Assembly (NCBI RefSeq): GCF_004010195.1
Contig: NC_057719.1
Span: forward strand, 67,051,776 to 67,084,189
Reading direction: 5' to 3'
DNA from: Chiloscyllium plagiosum
Lineage: Eukaryota
DNA length: 32,414 nt
The position numbers and the translations under genes are program-made. Below the pieces are notes generated by a model. The model was not told the DNA's origin and did not search any database. It saw only the letters and a program-made list of their open reading frames with translations. This document shows positions 12,624-23,520 of the stretch, piece by piece (positions within the stretch are counted from its first letter, which is position 1; each line of letters begins with the position of its first letter).

Positions 12624-12740
12624 CTTGGCTTTGTCTGACCACCCAAATGACTGGATAGTCACATCTAAACGTTTGATTAACATTCTTCTGCGCACTTCAT
12701 ATTCATTTGTGAGAGCATCATTTATTGCCATGAGCTTTTC
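12624..12740 (-). CDS. FAM98B: FAM98B coding exon 6 (EKLMAINDALTNEYEVRRRMLIKRLDVTIQSFGWSDKAK)
   Basis: Acceptor ctgcctag, donor gtaagg; 117 nt; FAM98 signature KRLDVTxQSFGWSDxAK. Confidence 0.97.
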
Positions 12741-13186
12741 CTAGGCAGAAAGAAGGTGGTTACTATCTACTGAGAAACAAATCAAGTTTTATAAAATATC
12801 AGTGCACCAGCTGCAAGTTCCAACTTCAGCTCAGCTGAGCTCTTAATCTATCCAAACAGTGATCAAAATTGATTATCAGTTGGCTTTTGTTAAAAACAAT
12901 GCATGTGATCCTGCCACAATTGCATTTAATAACTATCCTCCGCCCTCAGAAGATGGTCAGTGTTCTTCTTGAACAGCTGCAGTTCTTGTGATGGTACTGT
13001 CCCAAAAGGTGTTCTTAAATGGAATTACTTAAAGCTTACAATACATTTAAAATCAAATATTGCACGCAAGTTATTATAAAATACCTTAAAAATAAATCCC
13101 AAGGCCTTTACAGATGAGGAAAGACATTCGATCTACTAGAAAGATATTCCATCTTAACATTTTCTATACCATACAATCTTTTAAGT

Positions 13187-13260
13187 TAGCTCAGTTGGTT
13201 AGATGGCTAGCATGTGGTTGATGAAAACAGCAGCAGCATTGGTTCTATTCCTGTTCTGGC
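13187..13260 (+). mobile_element. tRNA-derived SINE head (LF-SINE-like relic)
   Basis: A box TAGCTCAGTTGG 13187-13198, B box GGTTCTATTCC 13241-13251; no cloverleaf. Confidence 0.5.
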
Positions 13261-13769
13261 TAAATCCCAGACATGTCATTACTGGGCAAGTCAGACTCTG
13301 GACTGAAATCTGGTTTGATAGATCAGTTTTCTAAATAAAAAAAAAGTGGCAGTCTTGCATTGAAATATAAGCATGCAATGTTGCAAATTTGGCATCATCA
13401 TTAAAACAGAAGCTTACTACACAAAAGGAATCCAGCTAAAATAGAAATAAATTCTGCACATATTCCACACTCCAGACTAGATTGTATGCTCTTGCTGATC
13501 ATTTTGAACACTATTACCAAAATAAAGATTTAAATGATTTACAATTATTTGTGGAAAAGCAGCAACAAAAATAGAATTCAAAGCACCATTGAAAAAAAAA
13601 GACACAATGTAATTAAAAGATAGGGAATTAAGAAGATGCAACAGAATCAATAAATAGCACAGATCACAAAAAAAGGGGTCAAATACAGAACAAAGAATAT
13701 AACGGCTTCCATTGGCTAGATCAGTTTTAGACTCAAAGCTGCCACTGACCATTACTTTGAGATACCATA

Positions 13770-14040
13770 TACAGGTGCTATAATGGATATCTGTTGCAGT
13801 AAAAAAAAAAGAGAAAATAACTTTTCCATGTATGGAGTGATTAAGATCTGGTACACAACTGCTTGAGTACACATTGGAATGAGATTAGTAATGGAAAAAT
13901 GCTGTTATTTGAAAAAAGGCACAATCTGGAACATTCTGGGGAGAAGGCAGGGAAATGGAACAAAATGACACACTCATTTGGAGAGCTGGTGCAGACATGA
14001 TGGGCTGAATAGCCTCCTGTCAGTGCAATACTTTTGAGAT
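13770..14040 (+). mobile_element. Old CR1-group LINE 3' end
   Basis: NFS...VIKIW..L-type remnant and gatgggctgaatagcctcctg 3' stem-loop motif. Confidence 0.6.
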
Positions 14041-14102
14041 CCTAAACAAATATAATGGGTACAATAGGTTAGGTGAATTCAAATATAAAATGACCAAAGG
14101 AG

Positions 14103-14786
14103 TGTTATGAAGGTGCAAAGAGTACTGTACCTTTAAGAGCATTGAAGGACTTAGCAAAGACACAGAGTGCTGGAGAATTTACAATGTAACATTTGGTCGA
14201 GCAGCTAGCAGTACCTGGACTGCTTTGTGAAAAAAACAATTAAATTATGCCCCATACTCCAATCAAGTTTGAATTTGGTATTTTGACAATATTAAAACCA
14301 GTGAAATGATTCGATGCTTGGAGGTATAAGACAGGGAAAAATTGACCTGTTGGAAGAGAACTGCCAAAAGACCAGCAGATGTAGGCTACTAGTTAGAACT
14401 TTGAGGGGAATCTGTCTGGAGAAGAAGGAGTTTGCACAGGAAAAATAGATTGACACCGACCTGGAGAGTAAATCTACAGAGAAGATTCAACAGCTGGCTG
14501 GTTTTGAAATGTGAATTTTTCTGTAAATCTTAAATCGGGGGTTTTAAATCAGATCAGTACTGTAGAGGGGAAGGTAAAAGATAGGTTTAGATAAATGAGT
14601 TGTAAATAGTTAGCTATTCTCTCTGTTAGACTTAAAACTAAAAAGTTGTTAATTTTACTTTAAATAGTGACTTTTGGGATAGTTCTTTGCCTCTCGAATT
14701 TTAACAGATTACAGCATGGGTTAAATCATTTCTATGTTGTAGGTTTAAATTAGCAGGGGAGGGGAGGTTTAACCATATGTTAAACA
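14103..14786 (+). mobile_element. Solo LTR (684 bp), probably Gypsy-type
   Basis: TGTTA...TAAACA termini; 4-bp TSD GGAG at 14099-14102 and 14787-14790; TATAA at 14325; strand inferred from TATA. Confidence 0.75.
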
Positions 14787-15732
14787 GGAGACCGTGTAAA
14801 TCTAATTTTTAAAAATCATTTTGATTTCAATACTTGTAAAAAAACAGTTGATTCAGCCTATAATATACAATTGGATTGGAGACAAGAAACCAAAATAAAA
14901 AGAGAAGAGCAATGTTTATGGTAATAACAGTGGATTTTTTTTCTCTTGTACAATACTGGGCTCAGTAGTTAAACAACTGTAAATAAAGTATCATAACTTT
15001 AGCAAAAATCCTTACAGAAGGTTCATTTTGAAGCCAATATAAAACGCTCATTGTTCTAGCAGGAGTGCAGTGAAGATTAATGTCAGATGTTGCATGTAAG
15101 CTTGGCAGAGAAATCAAATCTAGAGTGCTAAAAAAAATTGCTTCACCTTGTTTCAACACATGCTTTTATATTACTTTGAACTGAATCTCAGAACAGTTAT
15201 GGTACAGAAGGCAGCCATTTGGCCCATCATGTCTGCCCCAGCTCTCCAAATAAGCATCTTGACTTAGTTCCCATAATCCTGCCTTCCCAGTAATCTGCAC
15301 ATTATAAATAATAATCTAACGAGTCTCAATTAAACCTGCTTTCATCACACTTCCAGATATTCCAGGCACTAACAACTCTATGTGAAAAAGTTTCTGTTCA
15401 GATCACATTTACTTGCTTTGCAAATCACTTAATCTGTGCCCTCTTGTTCTTGATCCATCTTAGAGTAGAAACAGTTGTTCCCCATCTGCTCTGTCCAGAT
15501 CTCATGATTTTGAAAACTTAAAACAAATGTCCAGTCAAAGAAAAACAGTTCCAACTTCTCAAGATTCATGTTCATAACTGCAATTTCACATCCTGGGACC
15601 ATTTTTATAAACTTCAACACTCTGTCCAACATATTCACATCTGAAGTGTGATGCCTAGAACTGTGCACAATACTCCAGCTGTAATCTAAATAATTCTGTG
15701 CAAGATAAAGCACAAAACCCCTGCTCTTGTAA

Positions 15733-15900
15733 AACCAAAATCCTGGAGATCAGAAATAAAAACTGGTCAGAGAAACTTAGCATGTCTGGCAGCATTGGTG
15801 GAGGGAAACAAATAATAGTTTGCGTTCAATGACAATTCTTGGCAACAAAACAGTTCTGAAGAATAGTCACTGGATTAGAAATGTTAACTCTTTCTCCCTG
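15733..15900. mobile_element. Penelope-like pLTR fragment in inverted arrangement, with hammerhead motif
   Basis: gagaaacttagcatgtctggcagcat...then ctgaagaatagtcactggattagaaatgttaactc; related to 17530-17630, 22490-22610 and 27721-27935. Confidence 0.65.
15852..15889 (+). ncRNA. Minimal type I hammerhead ribozyme motif (diverged)
   Basis: AGTT-CTGAAGA-A-TAGTC-actg-GATTA-GAAA-TGTT-AACT; stems I and II still pair. Confidence 0.5.
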
Positions 15901-17529
15901 TTCTAGTGTGCCACTATTAAATTCTGGTATACTGTATATTTCATAAACCAATCTCTCCACTGGCCCTGCACCTTTAATGACTTATGTATATATACACCCA
16001 GGCCTCTTCTTGCACACCCTTTAAAGTCTTGCCATTACCTTACTGGACTTCACATAATACCTACTCCCTGTCCATTCCACCAACTTGCTAATGTCCTTTT
16101 GAAGTTCAACATTGTCCTCCTCAAGGCATCCAAGTTTTGTAATTTCTGCAAATGTTGAAAAATTGACCCTCTCCTCTAAAACTGAGATCATTAATATAAA
16201 TTAATGAAACCAGTCCCAATAAAGATCTCAGCGAAATACCACTAAAAACATTTCTTCAGCTTGAAAAACTATTCATCAACCATTACTCCGTTTCCAAGCA
16301 CATGGCCAGTTTTGTATCTAATCGCTACTGTCCCCTTTATTTCATGAGCTATGAACTGTGAACTGATCTATATTGATATGACAGCAGATCAGATGTGGAA
16401 ATTGGCATATAATACTGAAGACAGATAAAGCAGAAAATAATAGCCTGGATTGCATTTGATTTGTGGTTTGGTTCCACTTTAGAATAAGTGGAAATGCATC
16501 TTTGGGTAACTTGCGCCCAGTTCTGTTATAGGAAGGATCTACTCTACTGATGAGTGAACAAGTAAGTTCCAACAAAACACAGGTTTGAAATGTAGAATAC
16601 AAAATTAAGTCCACCTATAATTGGTACAGACCATTCCTTCTCTCAGCACATGATTCAAGGTCACCATCCTGTCACTGTAAATGCCATTCTCTCATTACAC
16701 TACATATTATCCCTCCACCAACTCAAGTAGGATTTTTTTTTCTGAAGTACTTCAAAAAGTTTAATTAGTTTAAAACAATTTACAATTCTGTTTCTCCACC
16801 AAGTCCAAATTTCACAGTTCCAATTCTTTGTGGAGTTTGCTCAGCTCTCCTATGTTCTGTTCTTCATCTTGTCATTGTTGTTAAACTGCCATGGACTTCA
16901 AATCAGTTCTTTAATTCCATTACTACACTGAGACAGTTAATGGAATCTTCTTATCGTAGAACTCAAAATACTCAAACTCATCTAAAAATCTCTAAATTTC
17001 ATAAGAGCGCTTTTTTGATTCTCCTAAACATTTGAACAAGATGGGATCATGGCTCTCCTGTTAATCTGTTAGGAATGAGCCTTCAAACGTTTCTAATTTT
17101 AGCACACTTCACAACTATGAGGTATCCTGCAGTTTCTCAGAAGCTAATACATTTTGTTATGGCTGATAAAAATACTTCCACTTCTGAAATTAGCAGCAAG
17201 TCTGGAGTAACTGCTTGATCAGCCATATCTCTTATGCCTATGAGATATGCAGGAGCTGCAGGAATTCTGATTCATCGTCCTATTGTAGACTTCATCTTTA
17301 TTTTCAGAAAGAAAAAGTTGAACACATGTGCGTGCACACACATTCATATGGGGGAAAAGCAGCGGACACTCGTTGTGGCAAAATACACTGTAACAAATGT
17401 TCCCACTAAGCTACACAGCAGCCAGGAAGCTTCACAGGTGCTGATCAGGGTGCCGAACAGAGCTTCTCTCTGGAAGCTGCTGTCATACAGGGACTTCTGA
17501 GATTCACTCAGTGACAGGAAAACGAGGAG

Positions 17530-17830
17530 GGAATAAAATCAGAAATTGCTGGAAAAACTCAGGTCTGACAACTCTGTTTTCTCTCAAAGAAGCTAACTTT
17601 TTGGGTTAAGTGACCCTTCTTCAGAACTGGTTGTAGCTAGGATAAATGTCGATATATACTGAAGATGGGATGGAGCAAATGATAGGTGGATATACAGAGA
17701 CAGAAAAGCAGTTTGAAAGACAAAAGGAATGCATAAAGGTCAGCCTTGGAGAATGAATAGTTGCTAATGGGTACCACTAGTAGCTGTGTTGTTTTTTGTA
17801 GTAGCCCATGTCTGGTGTGCACTGGAACAT
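17530..17830 (-). mobile_element. Penelope-like pLTR fragment, hammerhead core decayed
   Basis: aaatcagaaattgctggaaaaactcaggtctg...gacccttcttcagaac; minus strand CTGAAGAAGGGT..ACCC followed by AAAAAG instead of GAAACG. Confidence 0.65.
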
Positions 17831-17970
17831 ATAAAATATGTATATGTTTTTGCATAAAATATGTAAATCAGCCTGTACACTAACACAAGATAAATGCAAC
17901 CCATACAAAGGACAGTGTGTGAAATATGGCCTACTAAAGCTTAGGTAATAATGGTAAGCCCTTCTAGGAA

Positions 17971-18042
17971 CTCAGCCACTAGTGGTACCCATTAACAACT
18001 ATTCATTCTCCCAGGCTGACATTTACCCATTCTATTCATCTT
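17971..18042 (+). repeat. 72-bp inverted copy of ~17717-17788 flanked by an 11-bp direct repeat
   Basis: CCTTCTAGGAA at 17960-17970 and 18043-18053; 17973-18032 is the reverse complement of 17727-17786 at 54/60. Confidence 0.85.
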
Positions 18043-18097
18043 CCTTCTAGGAAATTTAAGATGGCAGAAGGCTTCTAAACAGAGGAGAAAATGTATG

Positions 18098-18694
18098 CAG
18101 AGGAACCGCGATTATTCAAATACCAATTATCCGAAAACCGGATTATCCGAAGGAGATCTCGAGGTCCCGATAGAAACATTACATCAAAGATGTGCTTTCA
18201 ACAGTGATCGCGTCTTTCGTTTACAATGATTAAACAGGCACAGTCTCCAAATGACTGACCTCCTGCCCTCTCTTTCACCCCACACATTCCCTGGAGTTCT
18301 ACAGAGGGGTTTACCCTAAACCACAACACACCTTCCCCAGATAATCTCTCCAACACTGTCCTGTACAGGGCAAACATGGAACCTGTCAAAAGGTTGCAAG
18401 AAAAAGTTGTGTGTAGGGCTGTGGCAGTGTGCGCGCGCTATTTGGAGACTTACCCCACAAAGGCAGCTGCAGCTTCAGCAGCAATCTTGTTGTTGGTGTA
18501 CAGTGTGTCTAGCCCAGATGGAGTTGGGGCTGGATCTCACGTGCTGTACGCTACTGCAGTCTCCTGAGCGGGGAGCAGACTTTAAAAAAACTCCAAGCCC
18601 CAGAGGAAAGGCATTTAAATCAATTAACCGAATTAACGATTATCCGAACAGAATAGTGCCCGACCACCTTGTTCGGATAATCGAGGTTCCCCTG
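18098..18694. mobile_element. pogo/Tigger-like non-autonomous DNA transposon (597 bp)
   Basis: TIRs CAGAGGAACCGCGATTATTCAAA / TTCGGATAATCGAGGTTCCCCTG; same TIR family as 1936-2111; flanks TG and CA rather than TA. Confidence 0.85.
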
Positions 18695-18864
18695 CAAACT
18701 TAAGTTCTTTCATTCAGAAACTCTACTACTGCATGTGTACAATTATTTATAAGAGGCCATAACAAAAACTATACATCTGAATGCATGGACACATTCACGT
18801 GTCAGTTTTATTCAGTGTAACATGCTCAACTTACTGCCAGACATTTGTAGATTGAATGCCTACT

Positions 18865-19010
18865 CTATGCAAAATCTAAGCCAACACTTCCATGCATTAT
18901 GAGTGACACATTATTGGAAGTATCTCTAACATTAAGTTAACCAAGACCTGTCTTCCACGTCAGGGGGTTGTTAATAATGTTGTAGCCACTTTTTAAAATC
19001 AAATAAAAGA
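18865..19010 (+). mobile_element. Deu-domain SINE 5' part (split by CR1)
   Basis: aatctaagccaacacttcc...ttaaccaagacctgtcttcc..cagg..gtagccacttttt resembles the SINE body; continues at ~21075. Confidence 0.5.
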
Positions 19011-21070
19011 GCAAGAATAAAGACCATCCGGAATAAGGGAGGTGAAATTGCAGCATGGGTTGGTACCTGGGACTTGGATGTTGTGGCCATTTCGGACACA
19101 TGGATAGAGCAGGGACAGGAATGGTTGTTGCAGATTATGGAATTTAGATGTTACAGTAAGAACGAGAAGATGGTAAAAGAGGGGGAAGTGCGACATGGCA
19201 TTGTTAGTCAAGGACAGCATTAGTGGCAGAAAGGATGCACGAGGACTGGTCTACTGAGGTTAGTTAGAAACAGGAAAGGAGAGGTCACCCTGTTGGGAGT
19301 TTGCAAAGGCCTCCAAATAGTTCGAGATGTAGAGGAAAGGAAAACCCTAAAGCTTTCTACATGTATATCAGGAAAAAAAAAGTTAGAGAAAGATTAAATC
19401 AATTATAGTGGCGTAAAATAGTGCGTGGAGTCCGAGGGAAGGGTTAAATGAATACTTTCCGTCAGTATTTACAATGAAAAAAGAATGTTGTCAAGGAGAA
19501 TACGGATATACAGGCCACTAGACTAGACTGGATTGACGTTCGCAGGGAGGTGGTGTCAGCAACTGGGGAAAGTGTAAAAATAGATAAATCCTCTGGGCGA
19601 GATGGGACTTATCCTAGGATTCTCTGGGAAGCCAGGGAGAAAATTGCAGACCTTTGGCTTTGATCTTTACGTCATCATTGCCGAAATAAATAGTGCCAGA
19701 AGACTGGAGGGTAGCAAATGTCATCCCCTTTTTCAAGGAGGGGAGTCGAGACAACCCTGGTAATTGTAGACCAGTGAGTCTTATTTTGATGTGGGTAAAG
19801 TGTTGGAAAAGGTTATAAGAGAGAGGATTTATCATTTAGAGAGGAATAAGTTGATTAAAGATAATCAACAGTTTTGTGAAGGATAGGTCGTGCCTCACAA
19901 ACCTTATAGAGTTCTTTGAGATGGTGACCAAACAGATGGATGATGGGTGTATATGGATTTCAGTAAGGCGTTTGATAAGGTTCCCCACTGTAGGCTATTA
20001 CACAAAATATGGAGGCATGGGAGGGGGTGATTTTGCGATTTGAATCAGAAATTGGCTAGGTGTAAACCGACAGATGGTGGTGGTTGATGGAAAATGTTCA
20101 TTTTGGAGTTCAGCTGCTAGTGGTGTACTGCAAGGATGTGCTTTGGGGCCACTGCTGTTTGTCATTTTCATAAATGATCTACATGATAGCATAGAAGGAT
20201 GGGTTAGTAAACTTGAGGATGATACTAATGTCGGTGGAGTTGTGGATAGTGCTGAAGGATGTTGCAGGTTACAGAGGGACATAGATAAGCTGCAGAGCTG
20301 GGCTGAGAGGTGGCAAATGGAGCTAATGTGGAAAGGTCTGAGGTGATTCACTTTGGATGGAGCAAGAGAAATATAGAGTGCTGGGCTAATGTTAAGATTC
20401 TAGGTAGTGTAGATGAGCAGAGAGATCGCAGTGTGCATGTACATAGATCCCTGAAAGATGCCACCCAGGTTGATAGGGTTGTTAAGACATACACTGTGAT
20501 AGCTTTTATTAATAGAGGATTTGAGTTTTGGAACCATGAAATCACACTGCAGCTATACAAAACTCGAGTACGGCTGCACTTGGAATATTGCATATGGCTC
20601 TGGTCACTGCATCATAGGAAGGATATGGAAGCTTTGGAAAGGGTTCAGAGGAGATTTACTAGGATATTGCCTAGTAAAGGGAATGTATGGAGGGACGGTC
20701 TTATGGAGGAAAGGCTGTTTTCCTTAGGTGAGGGTTGATAGGTGACTTAATTGAGATATAAGATAATCAGAAGGCTGGATAGGGTGGACTGTGAGAGCCG
20801 TTTTCCCCTATCACGAGGGGACATAGCTTTAAATTGAGGGGTGGTAGATATAGATCAGATGTCAGAGGTAGTTCTTTACTCAGTACTAGGGGCGTGGAAC
20901 GCACTTCCTGCAACAGTAGTAGACTTGCCAACTTTAAGGGCATTTAAATGGTCATTGGATAAACATGGATGAAAATGGAATAGTGTAGAATAGGCTTTAG
21001 ATTTACCTGTGGAACCAACACACATCAGCCGCCGAAGGGCCTGTACTGCGCTGTAATGTTCTATATTCTA
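19011..21070 (+). mobile_element. CR1 ORF2 remnant with EN N-terminus, large internal deletion, RT and 3' tail
   Basis: IRNKGGEIAAWVGTWDLDVVAISDTW (EN); DWRVANVIP.FK, YMDFSKAFDKVP, QGCALGPLLFVIFINDL; ends ctgtaatgttctatattcta. Confidence 0.9.
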
Positions 21071-21074
21071 TTAG

Positions 21075-21285
21075 ACGTCTCTCCTGATATCCAGTCAGGA
21101 TGAATCGATCAATCACAACCACCAAAAGCAGATTCATTGCTCAATGTTAATCACATTTGTGGAACTTCACTGTACACAATTTGGCTTTTGAGATATAGCT
21201 GTGCAGAATGCATCTGGTTGGCTATAAAACAGTTTCAAATATCCTGAGAATGTGAAAAGCACTAGAATCTGTATTACTTTTTCTC
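21075..21285 (+). mobile_element. Deu-domain SINE 3' part
   Basis: caccaaaagcagatt...tttgtggaactt..ctgtacacaatttggct...ttggctataaa...atcctgagaatgtgaaaagcacta. Confidence 0.55.
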
Positions 21286-21792
21286 CTTTTTTAGTTCAAC
21301 CATGAAAGACAGTTTGCCATGTGCAGTAATCTTAAAATAACCAAACTTCCAGTGTCAGAAGTGTGTGGTATCGCAGGATATAACTGTCCCTGCATATTGA
21401 GTCAAACTTGACACTCTGACCTGTTTGCGTTGGACCCTGAATGCTTAATTAAGTGTTGCTGAATTTTAAAAAGGCATAACCTGAGGCTGTATTGTCATAC
21501 CGGCTTATTGGCAACTTGAAGATAAAACCTTCAATACATAAGTGGTGGCACTTGCCACGCAACTGTGATCTATTTGGAGGTTAAACAAATCTCAAAGCTT
21601 TATGCAAAGAGGACAGTTAACACCATCAAGTGGTGCACTAAACATTCCTTCCTGAAATATCACCATCAAAAACCACATTTAAAAAGATCATTTATCTCAT
21701 TGTTGATTCAAAGATATTCTGCATACAAGGTAGATACACAATGTTTACCTACACAATAGCTACAACAGTTTATTGAGGAATCGGTCTCTTAC

Positions 21793-21873
21793 CCAGTGGT
21801 CAGGGGTTAGTGTTAGCTTTAGCAAGGGCTCTCCCATGTGTTTTGCGGGAACCTTGGAAGTGATATTTTTCAC
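21793..21873 (-). CDS. FAM98B: FAM98B coding exon 5 (VKNITSKVPAKHMGEPLLKLTLTPDHW)
   Basis: Acceptor cttctag, donor gtaaga; 81 nt, phase 0 to 0; matches SKV..NHVGKPLLK. Confidence 0.93.
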
Positions 21874-21957
21874 CTAGAAGAACGGGATATATTCAGAAGT
21901 GGTTCAAGTGGAGCAAATACGCATTATAACGCGAGAATGACAAGCTGTAGCACCAAC

Positions 21958-22139
21958 CTTTTCTTCCAGAATCTTAAATAAATGTGCATCAGCAGCACCA
22001 GATACAGGGCAGGGCACACTCAACGTTGCACAAATAGATCTAATTTCTTGCCGAACTTCTTCATTGCCTTCAGTTTTAGACACTGGAGGAGATTTAGAGT
22101 GAAGGATCCTAGCAGTTTGAAGCTCAGATGATAAGTATA
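21958..22139 (-). CDS. FAM98B: FAM98B coding exon 4 (LYLSSELQTARILHSKSLPVSKTEGNEEVRQEIRSICATLSVPCPVSGAADAHLFKILEEK)
   Basis: Acceptor ttgttttccag, donor AAG|gttggt; 182 nt, phase 1 to 0; open frame with LSxELQ and EVxQE motifs. Confidence 0.92.
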
Positions 22140-22489
22140 CTGGAAAACAAACAAATACAACAAAATTTTGTTTATCTGTATATGTTAAACATATACGTAG
22201 TTAAACTTAAAAACACATTGGGTAAAGGAAATTAGCTTTATTTATAATCCAATTATTTGCATTTATCAATCATTTTATACATTAAAGTTACAAAGACCTT
22301 ATTAGATAAGGCTGGCCAATCTTTCTACAGGAGACAAGCGGCTCCAAAAAATTCTGTTCATTGTCACAATTATATTTCCAGCACAATAAAACATCTACCT
22401 TTAGCAGAGGAGAGCATAGTTTAAAAAAAAGCATCATGCTAAAATAATTGAAAAAGCAATTCTAAGCAATGTTTACTTCAAAATCTGTT

Positions 22490-22612
22490 TTAAAGGATGG
22501 TCATTGAACCTGAAACATTAACTTTGCTTACTCTACACAGATGGCACCAGACATGTTGTTCCTCCAACAATTTGTTTTCTTTTTAGACTTTCAGAATCTG
22601 CAGTTCTTTAAT
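22490..22612 (+). mobile_element. Old Penelope-like pLTR 3' fragment
   Basis: ggtcattgaacctgaaacattaact...cacagatggcaccagac...ttcagaatctgcagttc; hammerhead core lost. Confidence 0.55.
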
Positions 22613-22648
22613 TTATTCAGACCTAGTTGCTTTTGAACTAAGCATTTA

Positions 22649-22880
22649 CAGAGGAACCTTGATTATCCGAACATTAATTATCCAAATACCGCATTATCTG
22701 AAGGAGATCTAGAGGTCCTAATAGAAACATTACATCAAAGACGTAATTCCAACACTGATTGCGCCTTTTGTTTACGGTGATTAAAAGTGAACTTGGCTTA
22801 CTGAAATGCTGTCGAGAACTGTCCTGGACATCGATGGGACCCAGGCACCCAGTCCGAATGACTGACCTCTCATCCCCTCA
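22649..22880. mobile_element. Truncated pogo/Tigger-like element (left end only)
   Basis: TA then CAGAGGAACCTTGATTATCCGAA; collinear with 18098-18270 apart from an extra ~60-bp block; no right TIR seen. Confidence 0.8.
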
Positions 22881-23385
22881 AAGCTCACAGAACATAGGAT
22901 CATAGCTACTGAGGTTGGGTGTGGGGAAGGGGGTGCAGAACCCTTGCTACCAGAAAAAAAAAGGTCAAGCGAATACCCAGTATTCAGGGACAATTACTTC
23001 CCTAAATTGTTAGTCAAAGCACGGATTAAGCAAATGAGTACTATGGAGGAACATAAGCTTTTGCTACCTTCGTCAAAAATGTCACAGCTCCTGTAACATG
23101 GGATGGAGAGGACACCTTGTGGTGAATGATGGTAAGTCAGATGGTCTCAAAACACTAAAGATTAAAAGAGACTCAGTTTGGCAATATTGCTACTTGTAAA
23201 GCTTACTGTACATTCGTCCTTCTGTGCTGTAAAATTTGCTGCTTCCACTTTAATATTTCTTTGCAATATGTTAGAAGCAATTCTACTGATTAAGTACAAT
23301 AAAAGATTCCACTAACAATTCCTGCAAATTGTATAGAATTCTTATGACTGATATTTTCCATCTACCAAGCTACCATTCAACTTAC

Positions 23386-23520
23386 AAAGAAGTTTTAAGC
23401 AGTCTTCTTTCTTTCTTAGTCTTTCTTTGAAGTCTCCAGTGAGAAGTGATGAGAAAGGGCACAACATCTCTTTCAAGAAGCCATTAATCTCCAGCAGAAA
23501 GCTTTCTGTATCATCAGCAC
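23386..23520 (-). CDS. FAM98B: FAM98B coding exon 3 (SADDTESFLLEINGFLKEMLCPFSSLLTGDFKERLRKKEDCLKLL)
   Basis: Acceptor poly-T-aag, donor gtaagt; 135 nt, phase 1 to 1; FAM98B-type GFLKEMxCP and KKEDCLKLL. Confidence 0.95.

Larger units (their letters stand above)
15184..16355 (-). mobile_element. Old CR1 3' part, interrupted by a Penelope-like fragment
   Basis: 3' motif gccatttggcccatc; LDYSWSIVHS/LEYCAQF-like remnant; FINDL and KFA..TKL remnants near 16130-16200. Confidence 0.7.

Noticed and set aside
13187..13260. tRNA gene
   Set aside because: A and B boxes are present but there is no acceptor or anticodon stem; better explained as a SINE head
13477..13872. 131-aa ORF, and the similar 16342-16614 ORF, as genes or the missing exon 5
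   Set aside because: No recognisable homology; the true exon 5 was found at 21793-21873
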